Positions 18,705-28,935 are shown, counted from the stretch's first letter. The stretch: 63,153 bases of DNA from an uncultured Lachnospiraceae bacterium (GCA_964564225.1 CAZMAF010000001.1:78980-142132), one strand, 5' to 3'. A program made the numbers and translations. Notes: a model not told the origin generated them from the sequence alone.

Positions 18705-20177
18705 TTATTCAAAGGTACGGACGGTTTGAACGGCGAGATTCCACCGCGCGACTTCTTTTGCGCGTTGATCGTCCGGCATAGAGGGACTAAAATCGGTATG
18801 CGCTTCGGAAAGCAAGGATAAGCTGTCAAAATCAAGCTTGCCGAGTGTGAATGCCGCCATATATGAAGCGCCGAGCGCCGTTGTTTCGATGTTCGTAGGG
18901 CGTGTGACGGTGATGCCGAGCAGATCGGATTCAAACTGCATCATAAATTCGCTTGCCGAAGCGCCCCCGTCTACCCGCAATATGCTGATTGGACAGCCTG
19001 ATGCTTGTTCCATTGTTTTAACAAGGTCGTATACCTGAAAGGCGATGCCTTCAAGTACGGCGCGGCATAGCTCGCCTTTGCCGACTCCGCGCGTTAAGCC
19101 GAGAAATCCGCCGCGTGCGTACATATCCCAATGGGGAGCGCCGAGTCCCGTAAACGCCGAAACGAAGACGACGCCTTGCGTGGAGGGCGTTTTCAGGGCG
19201 AGTTCGGAGCATTCGGCAGCAGAGGAGATGATGCCGAGCGAGTCGCGTAGCCACTGTACTGAGCTTCCTGCATTAAAGACACTGCCTTCGAGGGCGTAGG
19301 TCGTTTTGCCGCTGAGTCGCCATGCGGGCGTGGTGATGAGGTTTTTATCAAAGGTGGGCGTGTCCCCGATATTCATCAGGGTAAAACAGCCCGTGCCGTA
19401 GGTGTTTTTGACGGCGCCCTTCGTAAGACAGCGTTGACCGAATAATGCGGCGTGCTGGTCGCCGATTGCCGAGAGAATGGGTAAATTCCAGAGGCAGGCG
19501 GGTACGTCGTTATGGGGGATGATCGTTCCGAAGTTGTAAGAAGACTCGACGACCTTCGGCAGCATTGCCATTGGAATATCAAACAGCGCGCAAAGCTCGT
19601 TGTCCCAGCGATTTTCAACGATATTGTAGAGCATTGTGCGCGAGGCGTTGGTGACGTCGGTGACGTGATTGCCGGTCAGCCGCCAGATCAGAAAAGCGTC
19701 TACGGTACCGCAAAGCAGCTCGCCGTGTTTGGCGCGGTCACGCGCGCCCTCGACGTTGTCGAGAATCCAAGCGAGCTTGGTGGCGGAAAAATAGGCGTCG
19801 ATCGGCAGTCCTGTTTTTGCTTTGATGATGTCGGCGCAGCCCTCTTTTTTCAGTTTTTCGCATAAAGGCGCTGTGCGCCGGCACTGCCAGACAATAGCGT
19901 TATAGATTGGCTCGCCGCTTGTTTTGTCCCAAACGATCACCGTTTCGCGTTGATTGGTAATGCCGATACCGTCGGGGACGATCCCTGTTTTATACATACA
20001 TTCGGCGGCAGAGCGCAGAATGCTGACGTAAAGCTCGTCTGGGGAATGCTCGACGTAGCCTGCTTCGGGATAGATCTGCGTGATGGGATAGGATGCCTGT
20101 GAGACGGTTTGAAAACCGTCGTCAAATAAAATGGCACGGGAGGAGGTCGTGCCTTGGTCAAAAACGAGAATGCTCAT
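18705..20177 (-). CDS. glpK: Glycerol kinase (FGGY family)
   Basis: 490 aa. N-terminal ILVFDQGTTSSRAILFD, plus GITNQRET and the FGGY C-terminal domain. Confidence 0.9.
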   Translation of the reverse strand: MSILVFDQGTTSSRAILFDDGFQTVSQASYPITQIYPEAGYVEHSPDELYVSILRSAAECMYKTGIVPDGIGITNQRETVIVWDKTSGEPIYNAIVWQCRRTAPLCEKLKKEGCADIIKAKTGLPIDAYFSATKLAWILDNVEGARDRAKHGELLCGTVDAFLIWRLTGNHVTDVTNASRTMLYNIVENRWDNELCALFDIPMAMLPKVVESSYNFGTIIPHNDVPACLWNLPILSAIGDQHAALFGQRCLTKGAVKNTYGTGCFTLMNIGDTPTFDKNLITTPAWRLSGKTTYALEGSVFNAGSSVQWLRDSLGIISSAAECSELALKTPSTQGVVFVSAFTGLGAPHWDMYARGGFLGLTRGVGKGELCRAVLEGIAFQVYDLVKTMEQASGCPISILRVDGGASASEFMMQFESDLLGITVTRPTNIETTALGASYMAAFTLGKLDFDSLSLLSEAHTDFSPSMPDDQRAKEVARWNLAVQTVRTFE

Positions 20178-20330
20178 AAACTGTCCCCTTCGGTCGTTCT
20201 TGATTATATTATGGCAGAAGGCGGTGATTTTGTCAACCGAGGCGGTGCGGTTTTTGCAAAAATCGGTTGCTTTTTTGAAATATTTTGGTATAATGTAAGA
20301 AAGAATATGTCAAAAAGCGAGGATGGCGGT

Positions 20331-21257
20331 ATGAACGAAACGGTAATCAGCTACGAATCCTTCCGGGAGGGTAAAACGGTACGCGCTTTTATTTACGAGG
20401 GGGAGGGCGAGCCGCGAGGTATCATTCAGATCTTACACGGTCTTGCCGAGCATATCGGAAGATACCGCGAGTTTATCGCTTATTTTACCGCGCGCGGTTA
20501 TATCGTCTGCGGCAACAATCATCTCGGTCACGGAGAGGGGTACAGTGGCGAGGATCGCGGTTATTTTGGCGAGGAACGCGGTTGGGAAGCTCTGATGCAG
20601 GATGCCGTCACGCTTTCCGAGTATATGCTTGAACGGTATTCCTATCTGCCGATTATGTATTTTGGTCATTCGATGGGTTCGTTTTTGGCAAGAAGTATTC
20701 ATCTTTCGGGGCTTTTTTGTCCCGACGGTATGATTTTAAGCGGTACCGGACAATTGCCGCCATTGCTTGTTGCTTGCGGCAGGTTGGTCGGCAAGATGCT
20801 TGTTCGCCGTCACAAGACGAAACGTGTGGAAAGTAAGCTGATGACCGCGTTGACGGTTGGCGGCTACGGTAAAAAATTCAAGGGCGAGGATAAGAACGCA
20901 TGGATATCCTCGCTGCCCGATGAAGTAGAAGCGTACAGCGCCGATCCTCTTTGCGGCTATCCCGTAAAGCTCGGTCTTTATTGCGATATGCTTGAGGGTA
21001 TCGCCTTCGTGATTGACCGGAAGGCAGTCAATCAGTCTGAGACGATCCCGATCTTTCTCGTATCGGGCGAGGATGACCCTGTCGGTGATATGGGTAAGGG
21101 TGTGAAAAAGGCGTTTCGCGCCTATGCCAAGGCGGGATTTGACGATCTTTCGATGATCCTTTATCCCGGTGTACGGCACGAGTTTTTACACGATAGTATA
21201 AAAGAAGTTGCGCTTTCTGACATAGAAGCCTGGCTTTCGGAGCATAGTATAGGATAA
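20331..21257 (+). CDS. Alpha/beta hydrolase (lysophospholipase / monoacylglycerol lipase-like)
   Basis: Start MNETVISYE after GAGGA. Motifs ILHGLAEH and nucleophile elbow GHSMGS. The track ORF has an upstream extension overlapping glpK. Confidence 0.8.
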   Translation: MNETVISYESFREGKTVRAFIYEGEGEPRGIIQILHGLAEHIGRYREFIAYFTARGYIVCGNNHLGHGEGYSGEDRGYFGEERGWEALMQDAVTLSEYMLERYSYLPIMYFGHSMGSFLARSIHLSGLFCPDGMILSGTGQLPPLLVACGRLVGKMLVRRHKTKRVESKLMTALTVGGYGKKFKGEDKNAWISSLPDEVEAYSADPLCGYPVKLGLYCDMLEGIAFVIDRKAVNQSETIPIFLVSGEDDPVGDMGKGVKKAFRAYAKAGFDDLSMILYPGVRHEFLHDSIKEVALSDIEAWLSEHSIG

Positions 21258-21272
21258 AGAAGGTAGAACACA

Positions 21273-21662
21273 ATGACGTATGAAGAGATCTGGTCGTATT
21301 TTCAAAAAGATACGTTCGCAATGGACGTGGGTATCGTAGCCGATGAAATCGGAAAAGAGCGTGTGGTATGCTCGCTTGCCATTGAAGACCGTCACAGAAA
21401 TGCTGACGGCGCGGTGATGGGCGGCGCGATCTTCACGTTGGGAGATTTCGCTTTCGCGCTTTTTGCGAACCGCCATAAAATTGCCACGGTCACGCTGTCG
21501 GCATCCATTCACTATCTCGGTGTGGCAAAGGGTAAAACGCTCATTGCGACGGTTACGCCGATCAAGGAGGGGCGTTCGGTGGTGAATGCCGAGATTATGA
21601 TCACCGACGAGTTAGGGACAGCGGTTGCGCATATGGTGGCAAACGGGTTCTCTAAAGGTTAA
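21273..21662 (+). CDS. PaaI-family hotdog-fold thioesterase
   Basis: 129 aa. The block NADGAVMGGAIFTLGDFAF is typical of this family. Confidence 0.75.
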   Translation: MTYEEIWSYFQKDTFAMDVGIVADEIGKERVVCSLAIEDRHRNADGAVMGGAIFTLGDFAFALFANRHKIATVTLSASIHYLGVAKGKTLIATVTPIKEGRSVVNAEIMITDELGTAVAHMVANGFSKG

Positions 21663-21675
21663 AAACGAAAAAGTT

Positions 21676-22269
21676 ATGAAAATACTTCTGACAGGCTTTG
21701 AGCCTTTCGGTAAAATGGCAACCAATGCCTCGTGGGAGGCGGTGAAGTTGGTGGCGGAACGTTTTGGCGAGAATATTTCGGTCGATAAGCTGCTTTTGCC
21801 GGTGGAATACGGCAGAGCCGCCGACGTCTGTATTGACGCGGTCGATAGGTTTTCCCCCGACTTTGTGTTTTCGGTGGGCGTGGCGGCAAGAAGGCGTGTG
21901 CTGACACCCGAATATCTTGCCATCAACGTCAGGGATTCGTCCATGCCTGATAATGCGGGTAAGATGATGGTTAACGAGAGTATTATTGATGAAGGCGAGA
22001 GTGTTCTCTATACCAATATGCCTTATGCGGAAACGGTGACTGCAATTTTGTCGGCAGGCGTACCTGCCGAGGCATCCTTTGATGCGGGTACTTTTGTTTG
22101 TAACGATCTCTTTTATCGTGTGTTGTACCATATATACCATACAGATCGAAGCGTTTACGGCGGATTTTTACACGTTCCGCCTGAAAGTGTGATTGACAGT
22201 AAGGCGGTAGCCCGAGCGATTGAGGCGGTCCTTCTGATGATGGCAGATCGGGGTATGCTTGGCAAGTAA
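21676..22269 (+). CDS. pcp: Pyroglutamyl-peptidase I
   Basis: MKILLTGFEPFG start, a catalytic Cys context (GTFVCNDLFY) and an HVP block. Confidence 0.9.
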   Translation: MKILLTGFEPFGKMATNASWEAVKLVAERFGENISVDKLLLPVEYGRAADVCIDAVDRFSPDFVFSVGVAARRRVLTPEYLAINVRDSSMPDNAGKMMVNESIIDEGESVLYTNMPYAETVTAILSAGVPAEASFDAGTFVCNDLFYRVLYHIYHTDRSVYGGFLHVPPESVIDSKAVARAIEAVLLMMADRGMLGK

Positions 22270-22278
22270 AGGAGCTTT

Positions 22279-22737
22279 ATGCAGGCAAAAACGGTTAGAC
22301 AGTCGCGTACCGAGCAGGTGCAGATTTTGTCGCAGAATACGCTTAACGGCTACAGACGGTTGTTTGGCGGCAGACTGATGGAGTGGATCGACGTCGTTGC
22401 CGCTGTGACGGCAAGACGGCATTCGGGGAAAAACGTTACGACGGCGGCGATCGACTCGCTGGAATTCAGGAGGGCTGCGTATGCCAACGATACCCTTGTT
22501 CTGACAGGGGAGATCAGCTACGTCGGCAAAACGTCGATGGAAGTGACGGTTAAAACCTACGTTGAGGCGTTATGCGGTACAAGAGAGCTGATCAATCAGG
22601 CGTACGTTATTATGGTAGCTCTCGACGAGGATGAGAGACCGACGCCCGTGCCGCCGATTCTTCCGGAAACTGACTCGGAACGGGGAATGCTCGACGAGGG
22701 CAAACGCCGCGCTGAGAGGCGGCGTGGAAAAGAATAA
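22279..22737 (+). CDS. Acyl-CoA thioesterase (hotdog fold, YciA-like)
   Basis: 152 aa. Sequence NTLNGYRRLFGGRLMEWIDVVAA is typical of acyl-CoA hydrolases. Confidence 0.8.
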   Translation: MQAKTVRQSRTEQVQILSQNTLNGYRRLFGGRLMEWIDVVAAVTARRHSGKNVTTAAIDSLEFRRAAYANDTLVLTGEISYVGKTSMEVTVKTYVEALCGTRELINQAYVIMVALDEDERPTPVPPILPETDSERGMLDEGKRRAERRRGKE

Positions 22738-22813
22738 GACGGTATGGCGATCGGCATGCAGGTGAGTGTGCTATGACCGGATCGGATATACGGAGTAAGG
22801 ACGGTAGAAAGCT

Positions 22814-23335
22814 TTGAAAAAGGAAAAGGTTGATCTTGTGCGGTTGCACGAGATGGAAAAAAGGATCGGATGTGTGTTTTGTGACGACGGCGTATTTGCT
22901 GAAATGAGTCTTGATCTGAAGGATTATACGACGAGGACGGCGCCGATTGACGGGATTGTTTACGGACTGTACGTCGGCAACGCTGAAAAGCTGAGAGATC
23001 GGGTGGCTCTTGTAAACGAAAAGTGGTGCCGTTATTTTCGGGAAGGCACTCGTGTGTTTTGCGGATATGCCAAAGGGGATATCGTGTCCTTTTGCATTGT
23101 TGAGAGCGATGCGGACTGTATTCTTTCAAATCCCGCCGTCAGGGTGGGCAGTATTGGCTGTGTGGGGACGTTGCCCGAGTATAGGGGCAGAGGGATCGGA
23201 CTTCGTATGGTCGATCTTGCGACGCTTTGGCTGAAGGATGAGCGCTGTGATAAAGCGTACGTTTCGTATACCCATCTTGATTTTTGGTACGAGCGGCTTG
23301 GCTACGTGACCTTTGCCAGATTTTCTCTTGTATAA
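22814..23335 (+). CDS. GNAT-family N-acetyltransferase
   Basis: Acetyl-CoA motif LPEYRGRGIGLRMV. The track start is TTG, so the true start is uncertain. Confidence 0.75.
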   Translation: MKKEKVDLVRLHEMEKRIGCVFCDDGVFAEMSLDLKDYTTRTAPIDGIVYGLYVGNAEKLRDRVALVNEKWCRYFREGTRVFCGYAKGDIVSFCIVESDADCILSNPAVRVGSIGCVGTLPEYRGRGIGLRMVDLATLWLKDERCDKAYVSYTHLDFWYERLGYVTFARFSLV

Positions 23336-23391
23336 ACGGGATCAGATTATTAAAACGCCTTCTGACCATTGTGTCGGAAGGCGTTTTAAAT

Positions 23392-24117
23392 TTATTTTCC
23401 TGTTTTCGCGCGTTCGATGCCGCGGGTAAGGTTGTGAACAAAGCGTTCCATATCGTAGCTTGCGACCATGCAGTCGGCAACGAGAGCGGGCGATTCGTCC
23501 CGGTTGCGTATGATAACGGCAACGGTGGGAATGGTATGCTCAATGCCGTCGATGCAGGTTTGTTTGCGCGTTTCGTTGAGAATGGTGGCATCTTTAAGGG
23601 TTACCATAGGAATAACCTTGGCGAAAATCTCAATTTTATCTTCGATGAGCGAGTATTTGCCCCGCCATACGCGCAGATTTACGCCTTCGATGAGTATATA
23701 GGTGACGACGTATACCGTTGAGAAAACACGTCCGTTGCGGTTTTTGCGCAAAGTGAGGCTTTCGTCCATACGGTCATAGCCTTCAAAAACGAAGAAAAGA
23801 TCGGGATTCTGTTCGGGGTGGTTAAAGAAAGCAAGCGCTTCTTCCCGGGCTTTTTTGCGAATGACGTCGATCTGTCCCTTCAAGTGCTTTTCCGAGGTGA
23901 ACATGTTGACGGCAAGGACGAGAATAATGACACCGGGAAGGGCAAAGGGAAGCGCCATAGGTACGAAGCCGTTTGTCATTATTAAAACGATAGCGGCAAT
24001 AGCAAAGAAGGGATATGAAAAATAAGATATGAACGTCCAGCGTTTTGTGCGCTTGTGATCGAAAAATAAAAGATTTTGCTTGTAATCCATAATAGCCTCG
24101 TTTCGTGATATCGTCAT
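23392..24117 (-). CDS. Hypothetical membrane protein (2 TM plus a soluble C-terminal domain)
   Basis: 241 aa. Two hydrophobic helices near the N-terminus and no recognisable catalytic motif. Confidence 0.5.
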   Translation of the reverse strand: MTISRNEAIMDYKQNLLFFDHKRTKRWTFISYFSYPFFAIAAIVLIMTNGFVPMALPFALPGVIILVLAVNMFTSEKHLKGQIDVIRKKAREEALAFFNHPEQNPDLFFVFEGYDRMDESLTLRKNRNGRVFSTVYVVTYILIEGVNLRVWRGKYSLIEDKIEIFAKVIPMVTLKDATILNETRKQTCIDGIEHTIPTVAVIIRNRDESPALVADCMVASYDMERFVHNLTRGIERAKTGK

Positions 24118-24264
24118 TTAAAACCGTTATAGTATAGCATAGAATTTGATACAGTTCAATAGATTTCTGTGGCTTTTTTGTGTTCTTTTTGTAAAATATC
24201 TTGCAAAAGAAATGAAGTGGTGTTATAATAATTACGATTATAGAAGTCATGGAGGTATCGGGCG

Positions 24265-25347
24265 ATGCAGCTTCATAAAATCGTAATTACAGGCGGTCCT
24301 TGCGGCGGTAAAAGTACCGCGAAGGGTTACGTGAAAGACTATTTTGAGGCGAGAGGGTATACCGTTCTGTTTGTTCCCGAAACGGCGACTGAACTGATTA
24401 CGGGGGGCGTTGCTCCTTGGACTTGCGGAAAGAACGTTGATCATCAGAAATGTCAGATGCGTCTTCAGCTTTGTAAGGAGGAGGTGTTTGAATATGCCGC
24501 CTCGACGATGAAAGCAGACAAGATGCTGATTGTCTGTGACCGCGGCGTGATTGATAATTGCGCGTATATGAATGAGGCGGAATTTAAAGAAACGCTTGCC
24601 TATGTCGGTAAGACTGCCGTAGAGCTGCGTGACGGTTATGATGCGGTATTTCACCTCGTAACTGCTGCCGACGGCGCGGAACGTTTTTATACGACCGAGA
24701 ACAATGCCGCGCGCACCGAAACCATTGCGGAGGCGATCGCGCTTGACCGCCGTCTGATTGCCGCTTGGACAGGGCATCCTCATCTTCGCATTATTGATAA
24801 CAGCAGTGATTTTAAGGGCAAAATGTTGCGCCTTCTGGAAGAAATTTCAAGCTTTCTCGGTGAGGGTGAGCATTACGAGATTGAACGTAAGTTTCTGATC
24901 GAGCGCCCCGATCTTGCTTTTCTTGAAAAGGAGCCTTGCTGTCGCCGTGTTGATATCGTGCAGACATACCTGAAGGGCGAGGAGGGCGAGGAGGTACGTG
25001 TCCGTCAGCGCGGTGAGTATGGAAGCTATACCTATTTTAAGACGGTCAAACGCGGTGTCGGTGTCAAACGCACCGAGGATGAAGAACGTATCTGTGAGGA
25101 AATGTATTTTGCACTTTTGAAAAATGCTGATCCCGATTATCGCCCGATCCGTAAAACGCGCTATCTGTACGTTTATGACGGACAGTATTTTGAGATCGAT
25201 GTTTATCCCTTTATGACCGACCGTGCGATCGTCGAGATTGAGCTTTGCCGTGAGGATATGGCGGTAAGGCTTCCCGATGCCTTTCATCTCATCCGCGAGG
25301 TGACCGATGATCCCTTCTATAAAAATCGCGCGCTTGCCAGACGGTGA
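24265..25347 (+). CDS. P-loop NTPase (AAA_28/NadR-like) fused to a CYTH (triphosphate tunnel) domain
   Basis: Walker A is ITGGPCGGKST. The C-terminal half starts with the CYTH ExExK signature (YEIERKFLI). Confidence 0.75.
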   Translation: MQLHKIVITGGPCGGKSTAKGYVKDYFEARGYTVLFVPETATELITGGVAPWTCGKNVDHQKCQMRLQLCKEEVFEYAASTMKADKMLIVCDRGVIDNCAYMNEAEFKETLAYVGKTAVELRDGYDAVFHLVTAADGAERFYTTENNAARTETIAEAIALDRRLIAAWTGHPHLRIIDNSSDFKGKMLRLLEEISSFLGEGEHYEIERKFLIERPDLAFLEKEPCCRRVDIVQTYLKGEEGEEVRVRQRGEYGSYTYFKTVKRGVGVKRTEDEERICEEMYFALLKNADPDYRPIRKTRYLYVYDGQYFEIDVYPFMTDRAIVEIELCREDMAVRLPDAFHLIREVTDDPFYKNRALARR

Positions 25348-25448
25348 GCGGTTGAAAACCGCGGGCTTGTTCATAAAAAGTTTATAATTTACCCCCTTGC
25401 AATATAGCGAAAGATGTGCTATAATGCCCTATGCGACTGAATGAATAC

Positions 25449-25540
25449 GGAGATGTACTCAAGAGGCCGAAGAGGCGCCCCTGCTAAGGGTGTAGGTCGG
25501 TAATACCGGCGCGAGAGTTCAAATCTCTCCATCTCCGCCA
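25449..25540 (+). tRNA. tRNA-Ser (anticodon GCU)
   Basis: 92 nt. Acceptor GGAGATG/CATCTCC, anticodon loop CT-GCT-AA, long variable arm, T-arm GAGAG-TTCAAAT-CTCTC and an encoded CCA. Confidence 0.9.
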
Positions 25541-25543
25541 AAA

Positions 25544-25577
25544 ATCGACAAGTTTCGACAGAAGCTTGTCGATTTTT
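25544..25577 (+). terminator. Terminator after tRNA-Ser
   Basis: ATCGACAAG...CTTGTCGAT stem followed by a T run. Confidence 0.6.
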
Positions 25578-25949
25578 ACTTTTTCACTATTACCTCTTCA
25601 CTTTTCACTCTTAACTTACGAAACTTGTCGATAGATAACAGGTAAAAGTGAATAGTGAAAAGGGGCAGATGTAGCTTTTCTCCCGATGGTCAAAAAGCAT
25701 TTATTTTATACACGAGTTCAAATCCATACCCAAAAACGTAAAATATCTTTTTTCTCCGCCCTTCACATCAAAGGGCGACAAAAAAGATATAGCCCCGAAA
25801 TCCCTTGAGAAATCAAGGGATTTTCGCTTTTTAAGGGCGAAATTATTATGTTTGATTTCGTAGATAAAAAATGAATATTTTCCGATACTGAATAGATTTG
25901 AACTCCCACGCATCTAACAATCTTTTCGTAAAATCCTGCATATAAAATC

Positions 25950-25977
25950 AAAATCCTCGGATTACTCCGAGGATTTT
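25950..25977 (-). terminator. Terminator of the aldose epimerase gene
   Basis: AAAATCCTCGG-ATTACT-CCGAGGATTTT. Confidence 0.7.
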
Positions 25978-25980
25978 ATA

Positions 25981-26856
25981 TTATTCAATCGTAACCGAAT
26001 ACTGATACGAAGCTGATTCCCCAACCTCAAGAGCATTCGTCCAAGGCTTTTCAGGGAGTTCGCCCTCAAAACCTACGCCGTCACATCTGCCATACCATGG
26101 CTCAATGCAAACAAAAGGACAATCCTCCTTATAAGGCGACCAAATACCCACGACAGGAGCATCAAACGCAACCTCAACAAAGGGCTCATAGGTATCGTCA
26201 CAAAGCGCAATCGCATGTACCTGCGAATTTTCAAACACTAACGCATCATTCTTGAAAAGATCCTTTTCAAGACGAATCATACGATTCGGCATAATATGCA
26301 CCGCATCCTTCGCATTTACTTCGACGTCGGCATAACGGTCGGTAATCGTCGTAATCGTCTGCGGCATTTTATCAAACATAATGTAACAGTCCTCACGCTT
26401 AACGTCTTCGGGAAGATTAAACGCGGGATGCGCGCCGATTGCATAATACATCGTACCTTCACTCTTATTTTCAACCGTCCACTTGACAAGCAGCGTGTTA
26501 TTTTGAAGGCTGTATTCAACCGCCAGAACGAAATCAAACGGAAAATTCTCGCGGGTAGCTTCATTTGATTCCAAAGCAAAGGTAATCCGCGTACTCTCTT
26601 TTTCTACAAATGTAAACTCACAGTCACGCGCAAAACCGTGCTGCGGCATATGATAGGACTTGCCTTCAAAACGATAGGTGTCCCCGATTTCCGCCCCTAC
26701 GAAAGGAAACAGAATAGGCGAACGACGTCCCCAGAACGCCGCATCTCCCTGCCACAAATATTCTCTACCGTCAGAACTTTTCACGCTCTGCAATTCTGCA
26801 CCAAGGTCAGAAACCGTAACGACAAGACAATTATTCGATATGGTGTGTAATGCCAT
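25981..26856 (-). CDS. Aldose 1-epimerase-family protein
   Basis: 291 aa. Blocks GAELQSV...REYLWQGD...WGRRSPILFPFVG and HPAFN are characteristic. Confidence 0.8.
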   Translation of the reverse strand: MALHTISNNCLVVTVSDLGAELQSVKSSDGREYLWQGDAAFWGRRSPILFPFVGAEIGDTYRFEGKSYHMPQHGFARDCEFTFVEKESTRITFALESNEATRENFPFDFVLAVEYSLQNNTLLVKWTVENKSEGTMYYAIGAHPAFNLPEDVKREDCYIMFDKMPQTITTITDRYADVEVNAKDAVHIMPNRMIRLEKDLFKNDALVFENSQVHAIALCDDTYEPFVEVAFDAPVVGIWSPYKEDCPFVCIEPWYGRCDGVGFEGELPEKPWTNALEVGESASYQYSVTIE

Positions 26857-27038
26857 AATAGACTCCGTTTATTAAAATGATAGACACCCAAAACGTATTG
26901 ATATCAACAACACGCTCTATTGTATGTATTAGTATAGCACAAATTGAAAAAAATAACAAGACCTTTTGCGAATTTTATCGAAAAAAAGCATTTTTGTCAT
27001 TTTCGAACCATAAGCAAAACATCGACCGCTACCTTATG

Positions 27039-28085
27039 TCATTCAGCTAAAACATAAAGATTCAGATCCCACGCAGGCACGTAAGCAAAACGCCTCAGAT
27101 AAAAACGGTAATCCGGGACAATACTGCTAAGAAAAAGCGGCAATCGGAAAAGATCTTCATTACGGTGATAAACTGACACAAGGAGATCGGGACGGTACCG
27201 TTTGATCGTCTCAAGCGAACCCACAAGTGCCTCATATTCGCTACCTTCGACATCATATTTAATATAATCTACCGCCCTGCCATTAAGAATAAAATCGAGT
27301 GTTCGGACGGCAACACTCCCCCTTCCTTCTCCTGTGCGCGCATTTCGATTGCCGCTTTGACTGAACGACATCTCACCGTTTACAGAATAAGCGGCACAGT
27401 TGTGACATTCCACAAAATCAAGTCCGCTCGCCTCAACAAATGCCGTGAGCTTTTTGAAATTACGGCAATCCGGCTCAAGTGACACAACCTGCGAAAGATT
27501 TGGAAAATGCACCATAAATTCCCGCACACTGTCCCCGTTATACGCGCCAAGATCGGCACAGGTTTCGTAACGCTCCGATGGAAGTAAAGAAACAAAAACC
27601 TCCTCGTACGAGGATGTAGCTTCCTTCAGATAGCAAAGCTTGCCCGTCAACTTATATGCGATCACCGCATCAAAAATACGGCAGGATTCCTCATCCGCCA
27701 GCAAAGCACGCGCCGCATCAAATTCAGCACGGTGCGTTTCATAAAATTCAAGATCAAATACCGCGCCGCCAACAACGGGAACGTCAGGCGCATATACCTC
27801 ATATTCCGCATCCAATGCATACATACGCGCCATCACGTCAGGTAAAGAACTTGCAAAAGCGATCAAAACAATAAAATCTTCAAACCGCTCCTTGATCTCA
27901 TCAAATTTCATCACACGAAGCGAGCGAAAGCTCTGCCCACGCACGAAATCATCCGAAGCAAAATAAGCCGATACAGAAAGTCCGCGGCGTTCAAGCTCGT
28001 CCGCAATTTTATCCGCACCGTTTCCCATACCGTAAATAACGATCGGCTTATTCGCGCCTTGAAGATATGTCCAAAGATCAATCAT
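27039..28085 (-). CDS. FkbM-family methyltransferase
   Basis: 348 aa. The SAM-binding region is DLGAYNGDSV and the C-terminus has the FkbM-like block DYIKYDVEGSE. Confidence 0.7.
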   Translation of the reverse strand: MIDLWTYLQGANKPIVIYGMGNGADKIADELERRGLSVSAYFASDDFVRGQSFRSLRVMKFDEIKERFEDFIVLIAFASSLPDVMARMYALDAEYEVYAPDVPVVGGAVFDLEFYETHRAEFDAARALLADEESCRIFDAVIAYKLTGKLCYLKEATSSYEEVFVSLLPSERYETCADLGAYNGDSVREFMVHFPNLSQVVSLEPDCRNFKKLTAFVEASGLDFVECHNCAAYSVNGEMSFSQSGNRNARTGEGRGSVAVRTLDFILNGRAVDYIKYDVEGSEYEALVGSLETIKRYRPDLLVSVYHRNEDLFRLPLFLSSIVPDYRFYLRRFAYVPAWDLNLYVLAE

Positions 28086-28900
28086 AACGAAAACAGCCTC
28101 TTCGCGTTGCCATACAGGATAGCCTCGCGCTCAACGTCACCCCATCCTTGCATGTCGAAAAGTTCCTTGTACTGCCTAATAGTCATAACCGGAAAATCCG
28201 TACCAAACATAACGCGATCAACGCCGCACGCCGCCGTAATCTCGACCGCGCGTTCAGGTGTCATTGCCCAGAGCGCACTTGAATTATCATACCAAACCTG
28301 CGGATTACCGTATAAAAACGCCGCCGCCTCATCCCACGCCTGATAACCGCCAAGATGGGAGGCGATTACCGTAAGTTTTGGAAATCGTCCAAGCAGCTTT
28401 GCAAGCTTTTTCGGCTCGGAATAACGGTACTCCTCTCGATCGTCACCCATGTGAAAATTAATAATCATTCTTCCCTCCGCCGCCTCACAGATGCGGTACA
28501 TACGCTTGTCCAGAAGATCAAAACGCTGAATGTCGGGATGAATTTTAATACCGGTAAGACCAAGCGATAACGCGCGATCAAGCTCCGCCTCCACTTCATC
28601 AAAATCCTGATGCATCGAAGCAAAACCAACCGTTTCAAAGCCTGCTTCCCTTGCGTTAATCATGCGGGAAGCAATATAATCATTGATACTTTTTACCTGA
28701 TGCGCCGTCGTTGCCACTGAAAAAACGAGAAATCCGCTTGTTTCATTTTCACGGCACTCTGAAAGATATCCGTCATACGTGCCCACGCCGGGAACGTCAA
28801 AATTATAAAATTTCCCAAGTGCAACACGCGCGCGATCAGCAATCGCATCAGGATAAACATGAACGTGCGCATCAAAAAGCTTCTCAGCCATCGCCAGCAC
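28082..28900 (-). CDS. Amidohydrolase-family metal-dependent hydrolase (TIM barrel)
   Basis: 272 aa. N-terminal FDAHVHVYPD metal-binding motif and a C-terminal FGTDFP block. It overlaps the next gene by 4 nt. Confidence 0.75.
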   Translation of the reverse strand: MLAMAEKLFDAHVHVYPDAIADRARVALGKFYNFDVPGVGTYDGYLSECRENETSGFLVFSVATTAHQVKSINDYIASRMINAREAGFETVGFASMHQDFDEVEAELDRALSLGLTGIKIHPDIQRFDLLDKRMYRICEAAEGRMIINFHMGDDREEYRYSEPKKLAKLLGRFPKLTVIASHLGGYQAWDEAAAFLYGNPQVWYDNSSALWAMTPERAVEITAACGVDRVMFGTDFPVMTIRQYKELFDMQGWGDVEREAILYGNAKRLFSL

Positions 28901-28935
28901 TTCCTTTCTTCAAAAACATCTTGAAAAAGACGGAG

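Noticed and set aside
25701-25951. Track ORFs 25701-25913 and 25763-25951 downstream of tRNA-Ser
   Set aside because: They are mutually overlapping, have no RBS, and are low-complexity and Phe/Ile/Lys-rich in AT-rich DNA. They are treated as non-coding (see the finding on a possible integration scar).
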